Assembly (NCBI GenBank): GCA_964016885.1
Contig: OZ024744.1
Span: 39,184,001-39,248,000, forward strand
Length of the DNA stretch: 64,000 nt
Source: Eledone cirrhosa
Taxonomy: Eukaryota
Reading direction: 5' to 3'
The position numbers and the translations under genes were made by a program. Positions 50,716 to 64,000 of this stretch are shown piece after piece (position 1 is the first letter of the stretch; each line of letters begins with the position of its first letter). Below the pieces are notes generated by a model. The model worked only from the letters and a program-made list of their open reading frames with translations. It had not been told where the DNA came from and made no database searches.

Positions 50716-51945
50716 TATATATATATATATATATTTATGTTTGTGCATATATATATAGAGAGAGAGAGATGCTGTGCTGAATAGGACCCGTCCCACCCTT
50801 ACAAGCAGGGAAAAGCGGACATATGATGATGATGATGATTATATATATGTGTGTGTGTGTGTTTATGTATATGCATGTATGTATGTATACACACACACAC
50901 ACACACAAATATACACACATATACTTTCCCAAGAAATATCTAATATGGATAATCAGAGCTTAACTTTTTATGACACTTCACTTGAGTAGTATTAGTTTTA
51001 ATGTTCTTTCATAGTCTCTCCAATGTCTTCTTGCACTTCAGAATTGTGCAATACTAACCTTTTTTTAATCTAAATGTCATGTTAAGTATCACATAACCTT
51101 ATTAATGATGATTCGCTTTTTGTTTTTGTTTTTTTTAACGACCTAACGAAGGAGACATTTTCCATGTTGCTTGATCTTTTAGAAGAAAAAAAACATTTAG
51201 CATCCAATACTTTCTTAATTATACCCTACCCTTTTAAAGATAGGAAGAACTTGATTTGCATTAGTTGACATAGTCCTCGGCAAACTGAACTAAAATTCAA
51301 TTTGATGGTCATGGCTAAATTCTTTCTCAATTATAGCCTAACCTTTTAAAAACAGGAAAGACTCTACTCACTTTTGATGAAGTCATTCTAGATACACTCG
51401 CTGAATTTAACAAAGAAAAACCAAAAATGTTATGGCTATGCCTAAATTCTTTATCAATTATGGTCTACCCTTTAAAAAAATAGGCTGGACTTGATGTGCA
51501 ATGGATGTCCTAGTTTTTTATGCCTGTATTTGTATTGAAATGCACCGAATTTCATTTAATTGATGAAGAAGTTTGGAGGGTTTACTAAAATTATTAATAA
51601 TTTCATTACTAAGATAGTAACTTAACATATTGTTCTTATTTGATGTTGTTGTGGATGTTGGTGTTGTTACTATTGTGTAGTCTCCAAGTCTTCCTTGATA
51701 GATCAGATCTGTAATCAAAAGTATTCTAACAATGACCTTCCAGTCTTTTTTCTTCCTCCAAATATCATGACTTTCATCATCACCGTAATCATTTAATGTC
51801 CATGTTCCACATTTGCATGGGTTAGATGGGTTGTCACCTTATGAGACAAGTCAGGCCTGGAAACCACATGTTCATATAGATCTGTATTTTGGTTTGGTTT
51901 CTACAACTGGATGCCTTTCCTAATACCAACCATATTATAGGTGAA

Positions 51946-52145
51946 CTGGGTGCTTTTTTGTTGTGTCACTAATACAACCACTTTACAGTGTGGACTGGGT
52001 GCTTTTTATTGTGGCACTAATACAACCACTTTACAGAGTGGAATGGGTGCTTTTTATTGTGGCACTAATACAACCACTTTACAGTGTGGACTGGGTGCTT
52101 TTTATTGTGGCACCGAAACGACCACCTAACAGGGTGGACTGGGTG
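51946..52145. repeat. 48-bp tandem repeat (~4 copies) in an old RTE/SINE 3' UTR remnant (~51775-52150)
   Basis: Unit CTGGGTGCTTTTTATTGTGGCACTAATACAACCACTTTACAGTGTGGA. Confidence 0.8.
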
Positions 52146-52356
52146 TTTTTGTTGTGTCAAGTATTACATTATCCAATGTAGTCTTAAATATCATTTTAAA
52201 GATGTGTGTGATTTAAGGGGAATTTGGCAGCTATTTTTAGTGCTGTAGTTAGGACAAATTATTTTGATAATAGGTTTCCAGTTGTTCAAACAATGGAATG
52301 GCATACTTATTGAATTAATGTGTAAGTGGCTGAGCAGTTTATTGATACATGAATTC

Positions 52357-52583
52357 TTAACCCTTTAGCATTTACATTACTCTATACTTACTATCATATT
52401 TTCACAGTAAAAGCTTTACCTCATATAATTATCTCATATAATATGGAATCTATGAGATTTTGAGATATATTTTGATAACAATACCTTAACATCAGTATGA
52501 GTAGCCAGTTACAGCTGATTTGAATAGAAAGAGGTGAGAGAATTCTGGCCAGATATGACTGGTTTAAATGCTAAAAGGATTAA
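52357..52583. mobile_element. piggyBac-type MITE inserted in a SINE
   Basis: TTAA-CCCTTTAGCATTTA...TAAATGCTAAAAGGA-TTAA. The paralogous SINE near 54440 has a single TTAA at this site. Confidence 0.85.
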
Positions 52584-53998
52584 TGCAAATACTTGGGGAG
52601 ATTCACTGTGACATAATATGTGACAAGGCTGACCCTCTGAATTACAGGAACTGTGTCCTTCTGACAGAGTTCTAAACAATTTCAGGCAATCCAATTCCAC
52701 TCATATAGCTTGAGTTGACCTGAGGCTATAGTAAAAGATCTGATGTCACACAGTGAGATTGAACCAGGAATCCCATGATTGTAAAACAAATTTCTCAACC
52801 ATTAAGACATACTATGTTAATTTGTTATGTTGATTTTGTGAATCACTGAACCACCTCATGAAATACATAATCTACTTTTTGACCACTCAAACTACTGTTT
52901 CACCAATTATTTTTTGTTTTGTTTTGTTTTGTTTCTTTTTCTTATTTTTTAAATGTGAAAATATAGCTTTGAAGCTTAAAAAATGAACTAATGACTGAGT
53001 CCAAGCAATGCATTAGCCACTGTGTTATAATATAATCATACAATGGTTACAGCAAGTGTTGAGGATATAAAATATTCAACAGTTTAGCTATACAGTTGTT
53101 TGAAATATTAAGATAAATGAATAATCACACTGATTGGTCAATTTATTTTATTTTCGTAAGCAGGGAGAGGGACTGTGTTATATTATTCTACTCTTTTATT
53201 CTTTAGTTGGTTTGGGGCATTAAACTGTAGCCTGTTGGGGTAATGCTTTGAAGGGTTTTAATCAGTTATGTCAATCCTAGGGCTTATTTTTGTTTTCAAT
53301 TCTGGTACCTATTTTATCCAACTATTTTTCTAAGCCTGCTTACTAACAAAACATAAACAAATGCTCACACACACACACCAATACATACACATGCACATAT
53401 ATTTATATCATGGGTTTCCACACAATTTCCAGCTAACAAATCAGGCTCACAAGGCATTGACCAACCCAAGGATATATATATAATAGAAAACAATCCAAGA
53501 TGCCACACAGTGGGACTCAACCTGAAACCATGCTTAACCACACAACTATGCCTGCACCTTCATTATTTCATATTAAAAAAACAAAACAATAATCAACTTG
53601 TAGCCATATTTCTAATAAAAGACACTGAATTTCAGTTAAATAATGAAGGATTTTGACAGGCTTATAAAACTATTCTTTCATCATTACTAAGATTCTAATT
53701 TTTTCATAAAAAATTATCTTGGTATAGATTTTAATTTAAAACACGGACCCTTTAAAATGTGGGGCTTTGTTTCATAGAACTTGAGTCATTTTTAGCTTGA
53801 TACTAAAAGAGTTAGTTAAATCCAATGGTAGAATTGTTTTTATTCCATTACCAATGAAGACAATAAAGTCATAGAATTTCAATCTTAACTGGATTTCTTG
53901 TGTGAGATGTCAAACTCAACTCAAGATTATTTAAGAAAATGATTGTTTTTTTTTAAAATAGTCACAAGGCCTGGTATTTGTGGGGAGATGTTGCTTGA

Positions 53999-54229
53999 TT
54001 AACCCATTAGCATTTACATTACTCTATATTTGCTATTGTATTTTCATGGTAAAGGCTTTATCTAACATAATTATCTAATATATTCACAAATCTACAAGAT
54101 TTTTAATGATGTTATTGTTTATTTTAAGAACAATATCTTAACGTTGGTGTGAGCTGCTGGTTACGACTGGTTTCAGAAGAGGGAAAGAATTCTGGGTGGA
54201 TGCAACCAGTTTAAATGCTAAAGGGTTAG
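53999..54229. mobile_element. piggyBac-type MITE
   Basis: Same TIRs and internal sequence as 52357-52583. Confidence 0.8.
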
Positions 54230-54330
54230 ATTAACCCTAATACGTGACTGGTATTTAATTTTTTGTCGACCCCGGATGGATGAAAGTCAAAGTTAATCTT
54301 GGTGGGACTTGAACACAGAACATAAAAAAC

Positions 54331-54653
54331 TGGCTCTCCATTGGTTACAGTGATGAGTGTTCCAGTTTATATCATCAATGGAACAGCCTGCTTATGAAAT
54401 TAACGTGCAAGTGACTGAGCATTCCACAGATACATGTATTCTTAATGTTGTTCTCAAGAAAATTCATTTTGACACAAAATGTGACAAAGATGGCCTCTTT
54501 GAATTACAGGTACAACTTATTTTTGCCAGCTGAGTGAACTGGAGTAACATGAAATAAAGTGTCTTGTTGAAGGAAACAATGCACTGCTGGAAATCCAACT
54601 CACGAGCTTATGATCATAAGCCAAATACCCTAACCAAAAAGCCACACGCCTTC
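54331..54653 (-). mobile_element. tRNA-derived CORE-like SINE
   Basis: Head and core shared with 44665-45002, different 3' part. Related fragments at ~32870-33190 and ~52275-52810. Confidence 0.75.
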
Positions 54654-55859
54654 ACACCGAACATGAGTTAATACAAATGCTACAAAGCATATCTGTCACT
54701 CAGTTTAACACCATTGCCTGGTCCTTTGTTGTCTTTAGTGGAGTTTACTCCATTGCAAATATTGGGACCAGATCTCCAGTTTTAGGATAGCTTCTTCCTT
54801 CTCAACAGTTTTGGCAGTCCTGGAAGATAAAGAGACAAAGGTCATTCACTCCTCACCCATACCACACTGTCTAAACTGTACCCTCCCTCCACCAAACATC
54901 TTGTTTGCATTATCCCTTTTGTTACCATATTTCTAACGATATATGCTGCCTATGTCTATAATTTAATTATGAAAATTTGAAGAATTTAATGAGAGAACTA
55001 ACCTTTTCATTTAGAAAACTGATATTTGAAAGATTACTTAACAAACATTTAAAAAATAAAATGAAGATGGAAGGTTTTAATATAAATATGAATAGTTTAA
55101 AATGAGCAGTTCTGTACCACAAAACCAAGGTGGTTTCAGGCAGGTTGGTATGAAATGGGTTAACTACAAGGTATTAAGATTTTAACCTAGACACATTTAT
55201 AGTATATCTGGAGTTGACTGGACATATGAATCACATATAATGTTTGCTTGACTACCTACATGCCGTAGATCTGCTCAACCAGGGTTAAACTCTGATGTGT
55301 GTGTATGTGAAGGTGAGAGCTGCACAACAACAACATCACACACACAAAGCTTAGTAACTTGAGTGCATTTGTGACTACCATTAGTAATTAGTACCTAATT
55401 AATGCTTACTATGTTCTGTGAGGGAATGCTGTTGTCATTAATTAGCCCCTGGTCAGCCCTGATCAAGCAGACCTATGATCAAAGACATTCCAGTTATGAC
55501 CATCCTGTCTTTTCATATTGTTGCAGACAGTGAGTGGACTACATTATTTGATGTGTCCTTATTATTTTAATGGTTTCACTCATTAGGCTGTAGAGATGCT
55601 GGGCACTGTCCTGAAGAGATTTAATCATTCATATCGAACCCAGTACTTTTTTTTAATGTCTGGTATTTATTTTATTGACCTATTTTGTTGAACTTCTAAG
55701 TTACAGAATGATTTTTGGCAAAACTTTTTCTGATGGAAATTTCTAGTGATTATGTAAAGGATAACTTGAGTAATATGGGAAGCTTAAGGAGAATTGAAAC
55801 TGTGACCCTGGTTTAATTCTTAGCTGTAACTATTTCTTTCACTTTACTTTTATTTTTAT

Positions 55860-56190
55860 TTTTCTTGGTAGGTCTGGAGGAAGGGACAGTACCCTTGGCT
55901 TTCATTAGCCCTCCAAAACTAGAGAAATTGATACCATTGTTGTTTCAGGCTCTACTCATTTCTTTTAGAAAGACATGAGGAAGGACTGAGAGTAGTGATT
56001 AGTGTCAGGTCTGGGAAGGGCTGGAAAACATGGGTAATGAAAGAAGCGTGTCAGGAGGGCCCAAATGGAGATGACATAAGATTAGCACAAGTTCTGGGGA
56101 GCAGAGACCATTGTAATAGCAGTAAAAGAGACAGAGAGAAGAGACAGCATGTCTGTGGGTCAGAGGTTGGAGAGTTTCAATGAGTGACTT
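55860..56190 (-). mobile_element. Old CR1/Jockey-group LINE 3' fragment
   Basis: Minus strand translates ETLQPLTHRHAVSSLCLFYCYYNGLCSPEL, resembling the L.PL..RR..SL.LFY.YY.G.CS.EL C-terminal motif. Confidence 0.6.
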
Positions 56191-56873
56191 TATAACAATA
56201 CTGATGCTATATAGAAAGGCATGAATACCACAACACTTATTATTCCATCACAAGATAACTACTTGTTGTTAATTAACTCCAGTTTAAATCTGTTCCACCA
56301 TGTGACCATCTCGTCTAGTTAGGAATATCTATGACTACATTTCCACTGTATCGTTTGCATTTTTAATATAGTAGGGTGTGATTTTAAGGAGGCATGGCTG
56401 CAATTTCTAGCAGGTTGCATGACCACATATTGTACAAGCAATCCATTCTATTTATGACACTACTGTATAGGATAATATCCATATAATTTATTTATCTATT
56501 TATACATTTGGGCTGACTTTCCATTAGTTCATCCATTGGGGAAAAGAAGTTAAAGCATCATGTACTCAGTCGCTTCATGCTATGAAACCAGGATAAGCAC
56601 CACCGGCCTAACAAACCTTCTGGCTTAAGACACACTTTAGACTTGGACTTGTGTTTCCTGTGGTCATTTGCTCCTTACTTCCCCGGTGCAGGGGTTACAT
56701 GTATAAAACCTACATTTTTAGCTAAACTTCCTGAGATCCCACTTCATCTCTTGTGTACACATAGTTTGCATTTGGTCGTTAAACAGTGATGATGATAATG
56801 TTATATATATGATTATATATTTACACACACACATATGTATATATGTGCGTGTATATATTTATGTATATATATG

Positions 56874-56926
<53 letters not shown>

Positions 56927-57956
56927 ATAGGTGACATGTTGAAGGACATGTTGAAGGACTGAACCCACAACCAACTGGTTGTGAAACAAATTCTTTAACC
57001 ATTCAGCCATGCTTGCACCTATATGTTTATATATCAAGGGAAAAATTAAAAATTAAAATTGATGGTAACAATTTACCTGTACTAAATGTATATGTCCAAA
57101 CCTATTAGAGGAAGAAAGGATACTTCAATCATATTTGTGTTTCAGACCACTTTGTGGCACATTTCTGAAAGTGAATTTTCTGTAGAAACCTATTAGTTTT
57201 CTGTCCAGGCCACATAGCTTTTTGTTTTGTGATCTTTCAGTTTAAATTATTCTATTAATTTTTTAGGGCAAGCATAATTCATTTGGGGTCTAGTGTTCAT
57301 GCACAGCACTACTACCATTGTGCACCCAGTGGAGCATGTTTGCTTCATTTATTTCCATTCTTCACAAATCCTTTACATTCAATGACCATGTTTAACTATC
57401 ATGCATCATTTCACTTTTTAGACAAGCATCATACAATCTATCTTTCATTTGTAGCATAAGAAAATAAATTCCCTTTGTTACCAGCAAAAATAATAATCTC
57501 CGGGAATTTTTTTACTATGCATTCTGAGCACCACATGCTTCACTACTAATTGGATACACCTCAACTGTTATCAAAAGAGGAGAAATACTGTTCAAAAAGA
57601 AAACCATTTCTTATATCACATACTTCTGACCTACATCTTCTGTTGTTCACTAATTTTATTTTATTATTAAACACTAGAGTTGATATAATCGACTTTCCCC
57701 TCCCCTCATATTGCAGGCTTTCTTCTTAGATTTGAAATTAATATTAAGTGTGGGAGCTTGGCAGAATAGTTATTAGTGCATCAAATGCAATATTTCATTG
57801 CAATATTTCATTATGACTATCTATGTTTTTAGTTCAAATCTTGCAGTGGTCAACTTCTGGGGTCGATAAAATAAAGTATCAGTTAAGTACTGGGGTCGAT
57901 ATAATTAATTTCCTCCTTCCTCCAAATTTATGGCTTTGACCCAGTTTTAGAAAAAA

Positions 57957-58014
57957 AATTTTCATTATCATCAGCATTATTATTTGCATAATAATGCTGA
58001 TGATAATGAAAATT
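57957..58014. repeat. Perfect 27-bp inverted repeat with a 4-nt loop
   Basis: AATTTTCATTATCATCAGCATTATTAT-TTGC-ATAATAATGCTGATGATAATGAAAATT. Confidence 0.9.
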
Positions 58015-58748
58015 CTAATTGAATGCCATAACTACTCCATATTTTCTTTTATTTTCTTGCCTGTGTATTTTATTCATTCTCGCATGCTCCGAAGATCTGA
58101 CTGGTTATAATTCTGTATTGGCGATCGAGTGACGCAAAATTAGGCGGATAGCGATCTCTAGACATACCAGCTCAGTGAAACAAATGTAAGCTATGTGATT
58201 AAAAACTTTTTTGTATAGCAAACCATGTAAACCTTCTTTCCTGATTTATTATTACTCCAAGTGTTTACAACATAGGAATTACAGCATACCCGCAGCATCA
58301 CTATGAAAACGCCTTGTTGAGTCAAACCAAGCCAAGCGTTAATATCATCCACTACCTGGAATACCATAACTGGACTTCACCTAAGTGGACTGCATTTAAC
58401 TATTATTTGTTAATCCGTATATATATATATATATATATATGAAGTTTTCATTAAATTTTAATATGATAACTCTGGAACTGTGTGTTCTTACACTCTTTAC
58501 AAATTATGCTGTCAATGTTTGATATGTTTTTTATATATATCTCAATTGACTTTTAATTTTTAATGAATGCTTGGATCTATTCATTAGATCTTTGAGCTTT
58601 GTCTACAGGTGATATGGCAGAAGTCTGAGATTTTCTCAGTCATGACTTCTATAAGATTGTTAGCATTATATATATATATATATATAACCCACGCTAGTGT
58701 GGAAGATGGACGTTAAACGATGATGATGATGGATGATGAAACGTGTCA

Positions 58749-58961
58749 TTAACCCTTTAGCATTTAAACCAGCTGTATCCAGGCAGAATTCTCTCACCTC
58801 TTTCTGTTCAAACCGGCTATAGCTGGCCCCTCATACTGACACTAAGGTGTTGTTTTCAAAATAAATATCAAAATCTCATAGATTCCATATTATGTGAGAT
58901 AAAGCCTTTACCATGAAAATACAATAGTAAATATAGAGTAATGTAAATGGTAAAGGGTTAA
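58749..58961. mobile_element. piggyBac-type MITE
   Basis: TTAA-CCCTTTAGCATTTA...TAAATGGTAAAGGG-TTAA. Confidence 0.85.
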
Positions 58962-59075
58962 GCTATAAGAGCCCTTGCCTTTTACTTGGACAGCATTGGT
59001 GGTGTGGAAAGAGATCTCTCTGCACTTGTCGTCACATGGTACCATGGGCCCAGCACTGTCAATAATTGTCGCAGG

Positions 59076-59147
59076 TGTAGTGTTTGTACCAGAGTTTTCA
59101 AGTCGCTAGCTGGACTAAAAAGTCACACTCGTTCAGCGCATCAGTAG
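59076..59147 (+). pseudogene. Isolated C2H2 zinc-finger coding remnant, probably a LINE C-terminus
   Basis: Translates CSVCTRVFKSLAGLKSHTRSAHQ*, followed by ~60 nt and a (TA)n run. Confidence 0.5.
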
Positions 59148-62100
59148 GGGTTCTCCTACATGGATATAAAGTAGTGGCCGTACTCAAAAACGAGTTGGCA
59201 GCCACCATATATATATGTATATATATATACACAAGCCTACCATGGAAAACAAGGAACATTAATTGAGGTTATATATATATATATATGTATGCATATGTGT
59301 GTGTGTGTACACATACACATCTGACTCATTTCCTCCAACTCTTTTTCTTCATAAATGACCAGTTGTGATTCTTGCAGGAAAGTTCTATTTTAGTGTCTGC
59401 ATAGGAATTATTTAAAATGATGGAATTTATGCCTTACTCCCATAGTTCCTTAATCTGAAGCCATCTCATATTTCACTCTTTTATTGTGCTATTTGACCCT
59501 TTCTTCCATTTTATGTCTTGTTTCATTTTGGTTTAGTCTCTAAAGAAAAAAAACGCCTTATATGTTTGTATAATGACACCCACATAAAAAAAGCATGTAC
59601 ATTTACATACAGCTAAACACACACTCACACATACAGACATATGTATATATGTCCACATATAGAGACACTTGTAATCAAGTACCCAGTATACACACCCAGA
59701 TGACACTTGTACTCCTGTACATTATACATGCCTACATTTTTATATATATATGCAATTGATAACTTCAAAATCAAAATCCCCAACACATACATCATATGAG
59801 GGAAGACATTCATATACACAAATATTCTCAATAATAATGTTTCTATTTTTGGCACAAAGCTAGCAATTACCCCAGTACATTACTGGTACTTTATCTTATC
59901 AACCCTGTAAGGATGAGAGGCAAAGTTAACCTCGGCAGGATTTGAATTCAGAACGTAAAGGGCCATAACTCTATGCTGCAAAGCATAGTGTCTGACACTC
60001 TACTGATACTGCCAATTCACCGCCCTATAATCAGATATCCAAGCACTGACATGTTCTCATATACATTTGCATTACATATATATATACACACATTCACAAT
60101 AAACATAATCACATGCACAATCAAACATATGTACACACACACACACCTTTCACACAAGTACACACCTTTTTACGTTCACAGTTATCTATCTCACACAGGC
60201 ACAATTAAGTTGACATATAAAAGATATGTACAAACATGAGTGCAATCATTAATTCGTGATTAAAAAAGGTTTGCTTGTGTTATGAGTTGAATTCCACTTT
60301 GTATCACCTAGGCAAGTGTCTTCTACTATAAGCATGACCAATGTTTTGTGACTGGAATTTTGTAGAAGGAAGTTGCGTGAAAGCCTATCATTTGACTTTT
60401 ATACTTTTGGGCTTGATAAAATAATGTATAGCCTCTAGCCTATCTCAATCCGAAGACCAACTTGCATGATATGATGTAAAGCCACATCCTAAATGAGGTG
60501 CCTCTGATATGGCTATCATAAAATAGTTTAGCAGAACAGTTCGGATCTAGAGGAGTAAGTCTTGATAAAAATCCTGCTTGTCTCACAGTAAGCAGTAGCC
60601 TGTGCGATATGATCATCAGTTTAATTAGATGATCTGTGTTGGGAACATGAGTGGCTTCACAGATGATCAACTATTAATTCAACAATGGGTTGGCACAACT
60701 GCTCCAGTTAGCAGAGAAATCTATGAGTATGCAGGTGTGGTGAGCCACAGATATTCTAGCCATTGGAAAAAGCAAAATGAATGCTTCACCTTTGATGGAG
60801 GATGACTCCAGGAGAAGAAGTAGCCTATGGAGTAAGATTGAAGGAATTGTTAATGTTGGAGATGCATTGTAGTATTTGTTCTGATTCTTTGGATTCTGAC
60901 ATCTTGGGAGGTAGACATTATTTATCCCCTAATTTAACTCTTCTGATATCAACCCGAATGAAACCACCCCTGGTTCTATGACAGTCACTTTATTTAAAAC
61001 CCTTTTGTGACTGCATCTCCAAAGAAATACACTCAATTTTAATTAATTAATGAAGAATATAAATTATGTTAGAAGATTAAAGAACCATTAAAAGGAGTAG
61101 TTTTCATTTCACAGTGTTAAATCCAGTTTTGGCCAAGTTGGTAGTGTTTGTATTTATCTAAAAAGCTTCCATCATAATCTTAAGAAACTTTGTTATGCTT
61201 CAAAGTAAATTTTCATAAATTCTTGATGATTTTTCAGATTAATTTGAAATCATAGAAATCTTTTATTAGAGATATTGTAATGAAAGGTTTTGCTAAGTTC
61301 TGTTTCCAAAGCAGGAATTTTTTCTAGCTTTTCAACAGATTTGGCTATAAGAAATAGGTCATCAACATACAGAAGTTACCATGAACAGCTAGGACCTGGA
61401 AAATTGTAGTAAACAGTAGAAGGGCTGAGGACAGAGCCTTGATGATCATCTACCTGCACATAGCAAACTCATCATTTATTCTCACTTTACTGACAGCATT
61501 CTATACATGGTTTTCACTGCTCTCACAAGCTACTCATCTATACCCAATTTCTATATGAATCACCAAATAGATCATTGCACTTTTTCAAAGGCCTTCTCAA
61601 GATCACACACACACACACACACATATAAACACATGGATATGCATATAAAATCAGCACCATTTAACATCTATTTTCCATGCTTGCATGGATTAGACAGGCT
61701 GTCATGTTATGAGGCCAGACCTTCTGAAAATCACTTGGGGTGGCAGTGCTTTTGTTATGGCACCAGTATGACTACCATACAAAGTGAGTTGGGTGCTTTA
61801 TATATATATCTTAGTGTGTGTGTGTGTGTGTGTAATTGTTGTTGTTTAGCCCCAGGTCAACCTTAATCAAGCAAACTTATGATTAAAGGCATTCTAGCTG
61901 AGAATGCATGTATTTTTTTCCTGTGTAAGGAAGTGAAAACTGGAATCATATTCACATTATGTGCATCTATGTTATTCTTCTTTCTAAGTCAGTGTGGGGT
62001 GAATTGAGGGAGATTGGGCTGCTATTTCTAGTAGATTGAATGCCTACATGGAAACTTTCTCATTGGTTTTTGGGTGTGTGTGTCTGTTCTAGGATCGTTA

Positions 62101-62629
62101 TGGTGGTGGTGTTGGATGAACATTTTTTTCTGAGTATCACTTAATATTTTCCTTCTTGTGTTCTGCCATTCCCAGAACCTCTGTAATAACCCATAGCTTG
62201 GAGTGAAGGGGAAAAGGTGGAGGAGAGCTATACTTTCAGGTATTTCTTGAGAGGGAAGGGATACGGGGTTACTGTGCTTCAGCTTAGTCTGCCTTATGGA
62301 TAATATGGGAGTGTGTATGCCCCCCCCCCCTCCCGGAGTTATTTTACCTCTCCTGTTTCACTCACACCACCCACCCCATCGGTCACATTGTTTTTATGCA
62401 TGATTGGCAGTCTTACTTTTTTTAAACCCTTATCTCTTTCCTATTTTCTCTCTACCATCACCCCTCTCCCTCTCTTTATCATCACCCCTCTCCCTCTCTT
62501 TCCACCCCCACCATTTCTTTACCTCCTCCTCTTTTGTCATCATCCAAAATTCCAGGGGTATTCAGTTAAAAATGTGTCAATGCTGTTTGTTAGTTATCAA
62601 CATAGAGCTAAGTGGATTAAAAGTATTAC

Positions 62630-62840
62630 TTGACTACTACTACTACTACTACTACTACTATCACCACCACCACTACTACTACTGCTATTACTGTTGCTGC
62701 TACTTCTACTACTGCTGCTACTACTACTACTACTGCTGCTGCTACTACTATTGTTACTACTACTACTGCTACTACTACTACTGTTGCTACTACTATTGTT
62801 ACTACTACTACTACTACTACTACTACCACAACCACCACCA
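62630..62840. repeat. (CTA)n/(CTG)n/(CCA)n compound trinucleotide microsatellite
   Basis: Direct reading. The poly-Y/T/V ORFs are artefacts. Confidence 0.95.
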
Positions 62841-63072
62841 TAGGGTCAGGAGTTCAGCCATACCTACTGCAGGTGTTTTATTGTGTTTGAGAGCAGTATA
62901 CTTAATTTTTTTTCTCTCACAGGGTTGGCAGATCATTTTTATAAAAAGTAGCTCTAAATTTACAAAAGTAGTGAATTGATTTATAAAGTAACCCCCAAAT
63001 GCCCATTTGTTTCACAATCACCTGGCTTGAGGTCCAGTCCCACTATGTGACACCCTTGGCATGTGTCTATAG

Positions 63073-63341
63073 CAGTGATTCCCAATGTGGGGGCAATTTG
63101 AATATTTAAGGGGGTCATTTGAAAATGATGTTAATGAGAACAAACTTCAGGTTTTACTTTATTACCTTTGCACCAAGGCAACTTTGGTGTACATTACTTT
63201 CAGAAACTCCTGTCTCACCTCCTCTTCCACATGTTATTGTGTATCTGGTACCACCTATATACTAATTTGTTTACACTTTGCAGTCGATCATTGCTACTTT
63301 TAGATTTTGAGGAGGAACATGGTACCCGTTGGGAACCACTG
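63073..63341. mobile_element. hAT (Charlie-like) MITE
   Basis: TIRs CAGTGATTCCCAA / TTGGGAACCACTG and a perfect 8-bp TSD GTCTATAG (63065-63072, 63342-63349). Confidence 0.88.
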
Positions 63342-63694
63342 GTCTATAGCCTCAGGTTGATCAATGCCTTGTTAGTGAATCTTAGCTAAGCAACCTAAAG
63401 CTTGAAGGCTCAGCCAAATTCCCCTAACTGCAGTTTAAAGGACCAAGAACAATACTGACCACCTCAATAGATTGAGGCTGTCCATTTTGGCCGAGCCTTC
63501 TAACCCTAGGTTAAATGGCTTGTGATGTTTTTTTTTTGTTATAGATTACTTTACTGGGATCTATCTGTTGGTGATTTTGTATTTTTGTATGTCCTATAAG
63601 TATATGTTTCTCTGATGTTAGATTTATTTTAGCAATCTTTTCATTGAGATGTTATGTACAGTGGTGACAAACTTAACTTTACTTATGTATGATA

Positions 63695-63900
<206 letters not shown>

Positions 63901-64000
63901 ATAAATATTTGCTCTACGGTTCTTATATATTTGATATATATATTTATCCTTATCGAGCCCTCTTTGGATTTTAGTCTTCAAATTTATTATTATTACTATA

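Noticed and set aside
57998-58014. CTGATGA..GAAA inside the palindrome as a hammerhead
   Set aside because: Only 4 nt separate the core halves, so there is no stem II, and there is no matching stem I.
60420-60910. Higher-complexity stretch that might be a host exon or transposase remnant
   Set aside because: No sustained ORF or motif that I can identify with confidence. It needs a BLASTX search.

Overview
Eukaryotic, very AT-rich, repeat-saturated DNA. The SINE, LINE and microsatellite make-up resembles an octopus/cephalopod genome (inference). I see no host protein-coding gene. Most listed ORFs (YI/YM/CI-rich) are artefacts of (TA)n/(TATG)n microsatellites. Positions 1-51 kb are a microsatellite field packed with retroelements: about 14 mostly 5'-truncated RTE-clade LINE copies from at least 4 families (two carry a PHD-type zinc finger inside the RT region), 3 Penelope-like elements (RT + GIY-YIG), tRNA-derived SINEs and a Helentron/DINE-like element. 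Positions 51-64 kb are older, diverged intron/intergenic-like DNA with SINEs and MITEs. The main hidden signal is RNA structure. I found 14 type I hammerhead ribozyme (HHR) motifs, including degenerate copies, from about 8 sequence families. One lies in each complete unit of a non-coding 466-bp tandem repeat (retrozyme-like), and a diverged relative shows compensatory stem changes. These HHR-bearing insertions repeatedly share a two-armed inverted architecture with fixed end points. All folds were worked out by eye; nothing was computed or searched.
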